Assembly: GCA_965261405.1 (NCBI GenBank)
Contig: CBDHDD010000002.1
Location: forward strand, 499,395-563,394
Length of the DNA stretch: 64,000 nucleotides
From: Dehalococcoidia bacterium
Lineage (GTDB): Bacteria; Chloroflexota; Dehalococcoidia; Lucifugimonadales; UBA1127
Direction: 5' to 3'
Shown in pieces: positions 9,396-18,620 of this stretch (positions within the stretch are counted from its first letter, which is position 1; each line of letters begins with the position of its first letter). The notes beneath the pieces were generated by a model, which saw only the letters and a list, made by a program, of their open reading frames with translations, was not told the DNA's origin and did no database searches. Made by a program: the position numbers and the translations under genes.

Positions 9396-10139
9396 TCATA
9401 CGCTGCCGAGCCTGACGAGCAGCGGGTCCGGAATACCGGCCTCAGCAAAACCCCTAGCGCGCAGGATGCAACTGTCGCACGAATCGCACGGAATCTCGTC
9501 GCCCTTGTAGCAACTCCAAGTATGCTCCAGTGGGGCCCCGAGCCTAGTCCCGAACGCGGCTATCTCGGCCTTAGATAGGTCGATAATCGGTGTCACGATA
9601 TTGATCGACACCGCGTATTCCGTCCAGAGCTTGCTCCCCAGTTCCAGCGTTCGCCTAATGCTGTCGTAGAACTCGGGGCGACAGTCGGGGTAGCCGCTGT
9701 AGTCAAGCGCGTTGGCGGCGATGTACACGGAGGCTCCAACATCAGAGGCGTCGATCCCTTCGACCTCGATTGCGTACAGCACTCGGCTCTCCAGGTAGGC
9801 CGCGGACAGAGAGAGGAAGATCGTGTTGCGCATGGGGACGTAGGTTATCGGAATGCCGTGCCCAATTTCCTCGCCGGAGCGCCCCGAAGGTACATGGAAG
9901 CGGTCGGGGTTGGTCAGGGCGGAGTACCAGCCAACGTCCGAGAGAAAGGAGATGTCGAGGAGTCTGTGCTCAATGCCCAGAATGCCGGCGATTCGCACGG
10001 CGGAGTCGACCTCCTTAGAGTGGCTCTGGCCGTAGCGGAATGTGATCGCCGACATATTGTCAACGCGGCCCTTTGCATAGGCAGCAACGGTAGTGGAGTC
10101 TAGTCCTCCGGACAAGAGAGTAACGCCGTAGCTAGGCAT
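9396..10139 (-). CDS. queC: 7-cyano-7-deazaguanine (preQ0) synthase QueC
   Basis: Starts at 'MPSYGVTLLSGGLDSTT' (PP-loop SGGxDS). 'GYPDCRPEF'. C-terminal Zn cysteines 'WSCYKG...CDSCDSCILR'. The longer ORF upstream is IS debris. Confidence 0.9.
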   Translation of the reverse strand: MPSYGVTLLSGGLDSTTVAAYAKGRVDNMSAITFRYGQSHSKEVDSAVRIAGILGIEHRLLDISFLSDVGWYSALTNPDRFHVPSGRSGEEIGHGIPITYVPMRNTIFLSLSAAYLESRVLYAIEVEGIDASDVGASVYIAANALDYSGYPDCRPEFYDSIRRTLELGSKLWTEYAVSINIVTPIIDLSKAEIAAFGTRLGAPLEHTWSCYKGDEIPCDSCDSCILRARGFAEAGIPDPLLVRLGSV

Positions 10140-10159
10140 GGAAAAATTATAACAGATTC

Positions 10160-10640
10160 TCAGATGTCCATCATGAGTGAGTAGGCGCGTGTAGCGCCCT
10201 CTACTACAACGAGGCCGGCTAGCCTCACACGAAGCGAAGCCCTGAACCGCGCAGCGGCCCAGGCGGTGGACCGTCGACTCTGAGACGGAGAAGTTCTGTT
10301 TGTCGACAGAACGTAGTCTACTTCCTGGGAGGTCAGCCGGTTCAAAGGGGGCCTGCCGCCTCCTGCAATATTCTCGATCCCATGGATGTCCTGACGTCTG
10401 AGCCACCGGTAGCAGGTGCTCTTGGGAACGTTCAACTCCCTGAGAACCCTACGCTTGGGCAGAGGAGACGAAGCTACCCTGGTCGGCACCTCCGCCTTCC
10501 CTGCACCACTCATCCGCTGTTACTGCCGACGCCCTGGATATCCTGAGGCATTGCAATGGGCGTTTTCTTGAGACGATAGACCTCAAGGGACAGATCGCAG
10601 ACTAGTTGCCTGAGTTCTCCGTTCTCCAGCTTGAATTGAT
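10160..10640 (-). mobile_element. IS debris: an IS3-type OrfA leucine-zipper fragment plus a frameshifted transposase HTH fragment
   Basis: 10514-10640 encodes 'FKLENGELRQLVCDLSLEVYRLKK'. 10160-10513 encodes 'KRRVLRELNVPKSTCYRWLRR...GGGRPPLNRLT'. This continues out of frame as 'SVSESTVHRLGR'. No DDE domain is present. Confidence 0.55.
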
Positions 10641-10656
10641 AGACCTACTAACCTAC

Positions 10657-12849
10657 TCACGAGAGCGCGACCACTAGGTCATTCAGAACTCGCAAGATAC
10701 TAGATGATCCTTTGCCTTCAGGCCAGAGTGTACGCGCTGTCTTGGGTCGGAGTTGGCTAATCCGATTCGTTGCTGCATGGGCGGATGATCGCCAGCATAT
10801 GACGAAAACGTCGGCATTGCGCGCAAGTTCGTCCAACTGCGGACTGGCCACCTTGTCGTAGCTCAGCCGGACCACAACCCCAGGATAGAGTTGCTCTACT
10901 AGTAGACGCACACGGTCGCCGACTGACTCATTGAGCGTGTGAACGGCAATAGTCTTTCCGATTAGCCATTGGCGTTGTGGAATATCTTCAGGTTGTCGTT
11001 CGGGCTCAGGAAACAGGTCAGGCATCCCGAAAAGCGCAGCAAGCTGATTGGCTAGAGCCCTCTCACCCTTCGAAAAGCGAGTCTCGATTGGTGCAAGGGC
11101 TCCGTAGGTGCGACTCCACAATCCCTGTCTGGCCTCGGGATCGGGGCAAGCGTGAGTAACAGCCAATTCGGTAAGATCCAGCAAGCTTTCGATGTCGGAG
11201 GCTCCCGCTTCCTGCGGGATTACCGAACGCAGTCCATTAAGCAGGCTCCTGTACTGATTTTGATTGGGACCGAGTTCAAGCAACCCATCCAACAAGACCA
11301 TGGCGGCGCTCACTGCCTCGCGTCGCCACCCTGAACTCAGCAGCAACGTGAGGAGTTCGTAAACCGTGATATACAGGGGCGCAGCTGGGGGGAAGGGCCA
11401 ACGCGGGTCGGATCTTACCCAAGACACAATGAAGGGCAACGTGTCGAATAGCGTATCCTCCGCAAAAGGAGGCACCCCATTAATGGCCTCCGATATGCGA
11501 ATCGCGTCTCCCTCTGCGCTGAGTTGATCCGCTACCGGCCACTCATGAACAGCATTTGCGGCCCACGCGCGCACTTCCGCCGTTGGGGCCTCTGTTAGCG
11601 TATTCAGCCATTGAATCCAAGAACGAGGGACAGTATCCACCCCCACTCTGTCGCGCAAATCGTCGTAGACAGCTCGATAAGCTCGGTTCTCAAGCAGGCT
11701 GCGTCTTTTCTCCTCCGGTAGCCGGCCCACGTAGTCAAGAGCGAGTTGAGACGATACAGAGTCCTCCAGCGGCATTGCGGTTAACATTCTCGCGATTGCG
11801 GCCTCCACAGTCGCGACCGCGCCGTCATCTTCGAGCACAGCCATCGGGTTCGCGACGTCTGCAGCCCTAGCTCGTAGCTCTCCGGCACTTATCTCTATCA
11901 AATTCTCGAGAAACTCCGCGTCCCCCGTAGCCCACTCAGCAGCTGCTTCCTTCAGCGAATCCAGCGCCGCCAAATTGATTGGACTCATAGAGAGCGCATT
12001 CAGAGCGAACGCCTTGCCAGCGGCCGGACTTGGCTGCAAAGGTCGCCTTGTAAACAGACTGCCTGAGTTACCGTAGATTTCCCTTTTGAAGAGTTCCAGG
12101 GCCCCGGCAGTATCTCCATCCAACTCCGCAGAACGAATTGTCGTTTGGTAAAGAGCCTCCGCCATCGCGTTCGTGACCGCAGACGAACGGCGCACCTGGC
12201 ATAGCGCCGAGAAGAATTCGAGACCGCGCAGTTGTTCCCACTCCTTGAATTCAGCGTGGAGCCTTACTGTTAAGAATCGTAGGTTCACTGCATCAATGCG
12301 GCGATTGGACGAGAGAAAGGTCAGACTGTCTTGGGCCGCGGCCCGGTCGAGCCCAGCAATAGCGAGTTCAAACGAACGCAACACCTCACCCGTTGTGCGT
12401 GGGGCTATCTCCCAGCCAGACGGCATTTCATCAAGGTGCCTAGTTAGCCTTGCAAGGGCTGACAGAGTGTACCTGCCGCGGTCCTGGTCTGCGCCCGACG
12501 TGAAACGGGTACCAATCAAACCATCTACTTCAAGCAGGGCCGCCTCAAACGGATCGCTCTCCCCGAATTCGACCGTCGCTCCTGTGAAGTCGGACACGGT
12601 AAGACCAACCGCTGAACGCAGTAACGGCACTAGTTGTCTCCACTGTGAACCGTTTGCAGCTACCGCATAGTAGACCATTCTGTCACCCACATATCGTGGG
12701 ATTATTGCACCCGGCAATCGGTCTGCTTTACACGTACGCAAGACTTGTTCAAGAAGCGCAAGCCGATCGGGTCTCACCTCTGAAGGCCAATCCAGCAAGG
12801 GGCGCAATTCCAAGTCAGCCGTCTTCCCGTTGATTAGCGGTAGAGCCAT
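10657..12849 (-). CDS. Large conserved protein at the distal end of the dpd operon; possible DpdD equivalent
   Basis: The ATG at 12849 lies 5 nt after the dpdK stop. About 730 aa, helical, with no catalytic motif seen. The C-terminal ~100 aa ('KTIAVHTL...ADVFVICWRSSAHAATNRI') resemble a DUF2325-like domain. The DpdD call rests on context only. Confidence 0.4.
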   Translation of the reverse strand: MALPLINGKTADLELRPLLDWPSEVRPDRLALLEQVLRTCKADRLPGAIIPRYVGDRMVYYAVAANGSQWRQLVPLLRSAVGLTVSDFTGATVEFGESDPFEAALLEVDGLIGTRFTSGADQDRGRYTLSALARLTRHLDEMPSGWEIAPRTTGEVLRSFELAIAGLDRAAAQDSLTFLSSNRRIDAVNLRFLTVRLHAEFKEWEQLRGLEFFSALCQVRRSSAVTNAMAEALYQTTIRSAELDGDTAGALELFKREIYGNSGSLFTRRPLQPSPAAGKAFALNALSMSPINLAALDSLKEAAAEWATGDAEFLENLIEISAGELRARAADVANPMAVLEDDGAVATVEAAIARMLTAMPLEDSVSSQLALDYVGRLPEEKRRSLLENRAYRAVYDDLRDRVGVDTVPRSWIQWLNTLTEAPTAEVRAWAANAVHEWPVADQLSAEGDAIRISEAINGVPPFAEDTLFDTLPFIVSWVRSDPRWPFPPAAPLYITVYELLTLLLSSGWRREAVSAAMVLLDGLLELGPNQNQYRSLLNGLRSVIPQEAGASDIESLLDLTELAVTHACPDPEARQGLWSRTYGALAPIETRFSKGERALANQLAALFGMPDLFPEPERQPEDIPQRQWLIGKTIAVHTLNESVGDRVRLLVEQLYPGVVVRLSYDKVASPQLDELARNADVFVICWRSSAHAATNRISQLRPKTARTLWPEGKGSSSILRVLNDLVVALS

Positions 12850-12854
12850 TCTGT

Positions 12855-13376
12855 CTACCTTTCCCCCCACCGCTCCTCTAGCACCAATCGGCGTTGAAAC
12901 ACCAATTCTGGGTCGCACCGGTAACCGAGGTATTCTTGGTTTATGTGGATACCACGAAAGGTGAAGTTCATGCTGCCGTCAATTGTGAAGTGATCGCTCA
13001 CGATTCCCTTCTCGTGAACGTCCTGCGTGCGGATAATGCGCAAGTCATCGGTTAGCAGTTCATCCTTCATGCGCTGAAGTCGATCCACGAATTCATTATT
13101 CTGCACATCATAGTTGACGATAGCTGTAATCTTCACTCCGCGCTCGACGAGAGCCCGGAGAACCGAAGATAGGCGAATCATGGTTGCGGGCCACGCAGGT
13201 ACTAGGCTCCCGAACTGGCGGGCGGTATTGTCGATTAGGTTGACATCATTGACCCAGGGTGATGAGAGCCACATCTGGGAACTCGGGCAAATCATCTCTG
13301 CGACGAAAAGCGACTGGAGAAACTCCATCGGCACCAGGTGCGATTTCTCCGCATAAATGTCCCTCGAAAGTGCCAT
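12855..13376 (-). CDS. dpdK: Single-HKD phospholipase-D-family nuclease (DpdK-like)
   Basis: HKD motif 'HEKGIVSD' followed by 'IDGSMNFT'. About 173 aa. The start is 1 nt after the dpdJ stop. Confidence 0.75.
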   Translation of the reverse strand: MALSRDIYAEKSHLVPMEFLQSLFVAEMICPSSQMWLSSPWVNDVNLIDNTARQFGSLVPAWPATMIRLSSVLRALVERGVKITAIVNYDVQNNEFVDRLQRMKDELLTDDLRIIRTQDVHEKGIVSDHFTIDGSMNFTFRGIHINQEYLGYRCDPELVFQRRLVLEERWGER

Positions 13377-13377
13377 C

Positions 13378-16300
13378 CTAAAACACCTCCCGTATCGCAA
13401 ATGTTACACCTGTTCCTATCTCATTCCGGTCCACATTCACCACAACTGGATATAGGAGCATATAGTTTATCTCAATAGGTTCAGCCAACAGCGGGAATAG
13501 GCTCGCCGCAAGTTGTCCTTCCTCCCCATGTGTTGCATGGAGTGACGCCGAGCCGGCCTTCGCAAGAGCACCGGCCAAATCGGCCTCCCACGACGGAGAG
13601 CCAAAATCGATCAGTTCAGGCCTGCCAACCAACACTAGATCCCGAATCAAACTCGGGTCTGTAAACCCCACACTCCTAAACGGCTCGGCAGACTGGTAAA
13701 TGCGCTCCCTAGCCTCGGCTGTTCGTTGCCACAGCAGTCCGCTTATTACGTTCGCCGACTCCGCGAAACCCAGGTTTACAGATGTGTGGACCTGGATCAA
13801 TTGCCTGACCCGTGGCCCTAGCTCCGAGTGCAGCGACACTACCAAGCTGAACAGCCGTAGGTTTAACGCAAGACCCAATTCCTCTTCCCAATAACGCCAA
13901 GACCGCAACAGATCTGCGAGAAGTGCATCGGTTGCAGCATCTACGCCAGCACGAAGCAGCCTATGGCTAAGAGCTCCCTTAAGCTCCTCTCCCATGGCAA
14001 ATCCACGTCGGGACATTGCCTTGAAGAGATCGGCCATCGCAGAAATTCGGGCTTCGTGGTCATCCCTGCCTCTTACTTTAGCAACGCGAGAGGCAAGATC
14101 TTCATCTTCTTCTAGCAATAGGACGAACCGTTCGAGATCCTGGGCAACTACTTCAATTGCGTCAGGAGCCACGGAGGCTTCGAGTGATCGCAAGAATCGA
14201 CGCGGGTCCGCAGTTACTGTCTCCGACAGAGCCTCGATAACGCCGGCGCCTCCCAAGGTCGACTCGGTAATCCAGATTTCCCCATCTGGGGAATTGTTTG
14301 GGATACCCCGTGACAAATCTAGAAGTAAGGCCCCCTCTGGGGTGTGGTAGGGCACCGAGTCGTATGTTGCCGCGAGCAGCGCCTCTCCCAATGTCTCATG
14401 GACGCAAGCATACAGCCATGATGCCCAATCCGCCTCGTTTGGTTCCCATAGGCTGGGAGCAAGCTGCGCCAACCGGGTGACAACTGTCGGATTGGCAAGG
14501 AGCCGTTGCCAGCTTTGCTGCTCGTCTTCGCTTCTGTCCTCTTGTCCCATAACCGTGTCGTTGGTATCAAGATCAGCGAATTGTGCAGCGGTGTGAAATA
14601 GCTGGTCGGCAAGGCCCCTTTCGAGAACGACGCGAAGCGCGACGCTGAGAGTGAGGTTCTCCCCTATAGCCGTTTTAACAAGTGTGGCGACCAAGAACTG
14701 GCATAACCAATCTCGTTGAAAGGAATTGGTCAGGGACTGAAGCGCCTTGTCGCTTTGAATCAAGTAATTAAAGTATGCCATCTGCCAGGAGCGGAGATTA
14801 GAAGATTGCGCCGCATGGCTGGCCAGAGTCTCAGCGGTCGGCAAAGCAAGAGGAACAAAAAGTGCGTCAGTCTCTAGCTCGAACCCTAGCGCAGCTTGCG
14901 AGCCATCCGCCTCGGTGTAGATTGTCCTTACTTGGAATTCTCCGTTCGCCGGCGCTGGCGTCTTCACCGATGCGATCGCGCTGGTCGCGAAACGCCTAAC
15001 CGTTGCTGGTGCCTGCAGAGAATGCGTATGGAAGTTGATGCTAGGGATCAGGTTACCCCATGTTGGATCGTGCGCGAAAGCGAGCGATATCGGATTACCC
15101 TGAGGGAGGATATGTGTGCTCCAGACCTGCCAGGCGTTTGAGGTGGGTCTGACCCGCCGGTCCTCGATTCTCTGCAGAGCCACCCGCCAGGGTCGATAAC
15201 ACCTCACCTCTCCAACAGTGCCATCATCCTGGCGGATAGGCACTAGGCCGACAATCTCCGCCTCTTCCGCATACTCCCCTATAGCAAGAGGATAGTCGCC
15301 ATCCGCCAGGGGGACTGGCACCCAGTGATTAAGCCTTCCCCGCTCAGGGGCGAACCGCCTAGTGACACGGCCTGGGGTCAACTGGCTGATGGCCTGACTG
15401 ATAGCCATTGACTCAAACTTCTCAACGTGTTGAGTCGTCGCCGGCGGTATCCGTATCGTTACTTCCGGGAGATTCAGATCACTGAAAAGATTGGGAGGCA
15501 AGAATTCTGGCAGAGGACGGATTCCTTCTACATGGCGGTCGAGCGCGTTACTACCGGCGAGTGTCGGGTGCATTGCCCAGTTCGTTTGGAGCCTCCTAGC
15601 CAACGTCGGCAGAACTTCTAGCATGAGCCCACGTGGGGTTCCCCATAGGAGTTCATCCACCTCGCGTTGTGAGTTGAGTTGCAGGGCCCACCGAATATGA
15701 TTGGCGAGGTCCTTTCGACGCGCGCCGTCGTTTGTTAAGACGTCTTCAATCACTTCCTTCAAGATTGACTGCTGCTCTTGACCTCGGTGCCAGCGAGCGG
15801 CCTCAGGGCCGCTCGCCGGTTGCCACCACCAGCCCCTCGCCGACCGGTTCCTTGCCGCAAGCCAGTCCAAGAAGGCGAATGCGGCCTGCATCCTGAGCAC
15901 GTAGCGATTCTGAATCGGCAGCGCCTGCGGGCGGAGTGTCGGGTCGAATAGTTGATCATAGGTTTGGAAAGTCTGGCGGTCGCGCCCATAATCGGAAAGG
16001 ACTGTGACGGTCCATGGACGCATAGACTCCGTTCGTCCTGCCCGCCCTTTCCTTTGCACGAAAGAAGCCAGAGTCTTAGGGCTCTTGTGTTGAATTACCC
16101 CGCCAACCGTAGCGTCGTTGAAGCCCACTTCCAAGGCCGAGGTTGCAACAAGTACATCACTCGTCACATCGACGCCTCTGTCCTGAGCGGATACCCGACC
16201 AACACCCAAGCGCCGGGTGAGTGGCCGCCCGATCTGCTCCACCGCACGCCAGCGCTGTCCAACTCGATCCTTCATGCCGCTGGAAAGGCCCTCCTCCGGC

Positions 16301-17904
16301 CCGCGGAGGGCGGCGAGCGGCTCGCGAGTCCAATCTGGCTGTCCGAATATGGTCTGAGCTTCAGCATCCCTCAAGAAGTCAAATAGCCGGTTGGTGGAAT
16401 CAAGGTCATCGGTGAAGACGAAGACTCGTTGGCCAAACCGCCCGTCAGACACAGAATTCACGCCAAGCGGGTCTAGCAACCGAGCCATCAGGAAGGTCGC
16501 CTGGATGGTTGCAGACAACAATTGCGTACGAGCAGCCGGGTTCCCTCTCAAGACCAATTGATACTCCATTGCCTGTGGTTCAAGTTCCTCAAGTCGAGGA
16601 GACTCTTCGGCAACCTCACTCAAACGAACACCCGTCAAATCGGAGAGGAATCTCGGCGCACCTTCCAAGGTTGCAGATAGCCCCACAAAATGTACTGGGT
16701 TGGTTCTCCCCACAGCATTACGCCACCGTCGGAGCACAAAAGCCATCTGAGCGCCGCTCGTTCCTCCGTAGGTGTGCACCTCGTCCAAGAGAACCAAACG
16801 AGCTCGCCTGGCTGGGTTGTCGGCAACTCCGATAACATGCCGCATCGAAGTGTCAGAGAGCCGCCGGTTCAGCATTTCCCCCGTTGTGAACACAAAGTCC
16901 GGGGGTTCATGACGAGCACGCTCCCGAGTTAGCACGACCTCCTCTGGGCCAACCGCGCCGCCACACTTCTTGGCGCAGAATAGTCGCTCCATCCTCCGGC
17001 CAATATCATTAAGACTCCAAATCATCTCCGCGCCACATTGGGAGCAAGAAAGAAATGGGCAAACGAATCCCTCTCCCTGCAAGACCCAATTCGCTCTCCT
17101 CACCGACTCCGGCGTTGAATCGTTGGGAGTCATGCCGAAGTAGGTGCCAATGAGAAACGGCCGCCGACCGAAGGAGGAAAGGGCAGTTCCTGTAAGGGAC
17201 AACAGTTGATAGGCCTGAGCGAACTGGTCCTTAAGTAATTCCACCCTTGGGTAAATGGCCAGAGCCTTTACCCAATGATCATTCGGAGCCAATAGGTCCG
17301 CCAATTTGATGGATGCCGGAAGGTAAAATGCCAATGTCTTCCCCGAACCAGTTCCCGAGGTCAAGACAGTTCCTGCGTCACGCTCCAGATTCCGCTGGAT
17401 TGTTTTCGTAGCCCGGAGTTGGAATCTCGATAGAGAAATGCCATCCAACATGGCGGTTGCCACAGCTTCCTTAAGGTCAGTCCAAGCCTCAGCGGTCTTC
17501 AACTCCGCTAAAGCGGCAACTCTCGATACCTCTCGGCGAGGGACCATGCGCGGCCTCGCGTCAATCCGATAGCCTGATACAAGATCCGGCGCACTGAGCC
17601 AATGGCGCCTGGGAAACAATTGCTTTAGCCGCAACATCAACCGGACGCCCTCACCAAAACGCGATCTGTAACGATAGCCCGCGCCATCGCGCCCCACCTC
17701 AAACAGCAACCTCTTCTCTATCAATTGTTCCACCAGTTCATCCGCCTTGCCCTCACCGCCGCCATCCCGCAAGATAGCGGTTGCCAGCCCGTCGATATCA
17801 CTCTCGCTTAGGCTTCCATCGACATAGCCCCATTTGAGCAGGCGCAGTTCGTTCTGCTCAACGTCTGTAAGTAATTTGTCTATCTTGGGACTCGTGTCGC
17901 TCAT
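13378..17904 (-). CDS. dpdJ: ~1500-aa DEAD/DEAH-box (Lhr-like) helicase (DpdJ-like)
   Basis: 'TSGTGSGKT', 'LLDEVHTYGG', 'VGLSATL', 'VQRKGRAGR'. Size and operon position match DpdJ as I recall it. Confidence 0.75.
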   Translation of the reverse strand: MSDTSPKIDKLLTDVEQNELRLLKWGYVDGSLSESDIDGLATAILRDGGGEGKADELVEQLIEKRLLFEVGRDGAGYRYRSRFGEGVRLMLRLKQLFPRRHWLSAPDLVSGYRIDARPRMVPRREVSRVAALAELKTAEAWTDLKEAVATAMLDGISLSRFQLRATKTIQRNLERDAGTVLTSGTGSGKTLAFYLPASIKLADLLAPNDHWVKALAIYPRVELLKDQFAQAYQLLSLTGTALSSFGRRPFLIGTYFGMTPNDSTPESVRRANWVLQGEGFVCPFLSCSQCGAEMIWSLNDIGRRMERLFCAKKCGGAVGPEEVVLTRERARHEPPDFVFTTGEMLNRRLSDTSMRHVIGVADNPARRARLVLLDEVHTYGGTSGAQMAFVLRRWRNAVGRTNPVHFVGLSATLEGAPRFLSDLTGVRLSEVAEESPRLEELEPQAMEYQLVLRGNPAARTQLLSATIQATFLMARLLDPLGVNSVSDGRFGQRVFVFTDDLDSTNRLFDFLRDAEAQTIFGQPDWTREPLAALRGPEEGLSSGMKDRVGQRWRAVEQIGRPLTRRLGVGRVSAQDRGVDVTSDVLVATSALEVGFNDATVGGVIQHKSPKTLASFVQRKGRAGRTESMRPWTVTVLSDYGRDRQTFQTYDQLFDPTLRPQALPIQNRYVLRMQAAFAFLDWLAARNRSARGWWWQPASGPEAARWHRGQEQQSILKEVIEDVLTNDGARRKDLANHIRWALQLNSQREVDELLWGTPRGLMLEVLPTLARRLQTNWAMHPTLAGSNALDRHVEGIRPLPEFLPPNLFSDLNLPEVTIRIPPATTQHVEKFESMAISQAISQLTPGRVTRRFAPERGRLNHWVPVPLADGDYPLAIGEYAEEAEIVGLVPIRQDDGTVGEVRCYRPWRVALQRIEDRRVRPTSNAWQVWSTHILPQGNPISLAFAHDPTWGNLIPSINFHTHSLQAPATVRRFATSAIASVKTPAPANGEFQVRTIYTEADGSQAALGFELETDALFVPLALPTAETLASHAAQSSNLRSWQMAYFNYLIQSDKALQSLTNSFQRDWLCQFLVATLVKTAIGENLTLSVALRVVLERGLADQLFHTAAQFADLDTNDTVMGQEDRSEDEQQSWQRLLANPTVVTRLAQLAPSLWEPNEADWASWLYACVHETLGEALLAATYDSVPYHTPEGALLLDLSRGIPNNSPDGEIWITESTLGGAGVIEALSETVTADPRRFLRSLEASVAPDAIEVVAQDLERFVLLLEEDEDLASRVAKVRGRDDHEARISAMADLFKAMSRRGFAMGEELKGALSHRLLRAGVDAATDALLADLLRSWRYWEEELGLALNLRLFSLVVSLHSELGPRVRQLIQVHTSVNLGFAESANVISGLLWQRTAEARERIYQSAEPFRSVGFTDPSLIRDLVLVGRPELIDFGSPSWEADLAGALAKAGSASLHATHGEEGQLAASLFPLLAEPIEINYMLLYPVVVNVDRNEIGTGVTFAIREVF

Positions 17905-18608
17905 CTATTCCTCTTCCACGACATTACGATAATCTCGGTTAGTTCATTTTGAGCAAGCCAAGCCCCAGCCTCTGCGGTGAGGTTCGCAAGGGTCGCTGTA
18001 CCGTCGCTGATAGCCTCAAGTAACTCTTGGACGAACAACGGCACATCGGGCACATGATCGCGCAACTTTTTCATTTCTTCAGCGAGAGCAGCTGGCCGAT
18101 CCATTGTCTGTTCCGTAATAGGGGACTCCTCAAGCCTGTCAAACTCAGCTTCACGTTCGCGAATTTCCCTCACGACATGCTCGTAGACCGGGGATCCACT
18201 GAGAAGACGCAACAGTCCCTCGCTTGATTCGGGACGGAAAGAGGCGACGTATTCAACCCACGCCTTCTTGATCGACGCGTTTAGCGAACTAGACAACCGC
18301 TGTAGCTCCCCTTTCACTTCAAAACGCCATTTGGGGTTCGGTTCAGTAATACTTGCACGTTCCCGCTCATAGTCCGCAGCAATCTCTTTGATAGTATCCC
18401 TTAGGTCTATGACTCCTCCCGGAATAGAAACCGAGATGCCTCTTTTCCTAAATTCCCCTATCCGTGCCGTGGCGAGTCTGATAGAACTGGCCGGCCCATT
18501 GAGTTCAGTCGCACGTTCTTCAAATTGTTTAGCCTTCCAGGTGTCTACGTCGCTTTCCGCAAGATCCTTGATTCGAGCAGAGAGTTGATCTAGTTCTTCA
18601 ACAAACAA
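17901..18608 (-). CDS. dpdI: ~235-aa coiled-coil protein in the DpdI position
   Basis: Charged, helical sequence with no enzymatic motif. The stop overlaps the dpdJ start by 4 nt. Assigned by size and synteny only. Confidence 0.45.
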   Translation of the reverse strand: MFVEELDQLSARIKDLAESDVDTWKAKQFEERATELNGPASSIRLATARIGEFRKRGISVSIPGGVIDLRDTIKEIAADYERERASITEPNPKWRFEVKGELQRLSSSLNASIKKAWVEYVASFRPESSEGLLRLLSGSPVYEHVVREIREREAEFDRLEESPITEQTMDRPAALAEEMKKLRDHVPDVPLFVQELLEAISDGTATLANLTAEAGAWLAQNELTEIIVMSWKRNR

Positions 18609-18620
18609 TCTAACCTCCCA

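Noticed and set aside
10140-10406. An 89-aa N-terminal extension of QueC in the ORF track.
   Set aside because: QueC homologs start at the PP-loop ('MPSYGVTLLSGGLDS'). The extension instead contains a transposase HTH fragment ('SVSESTVHRLGR') belonging to the IS debris.
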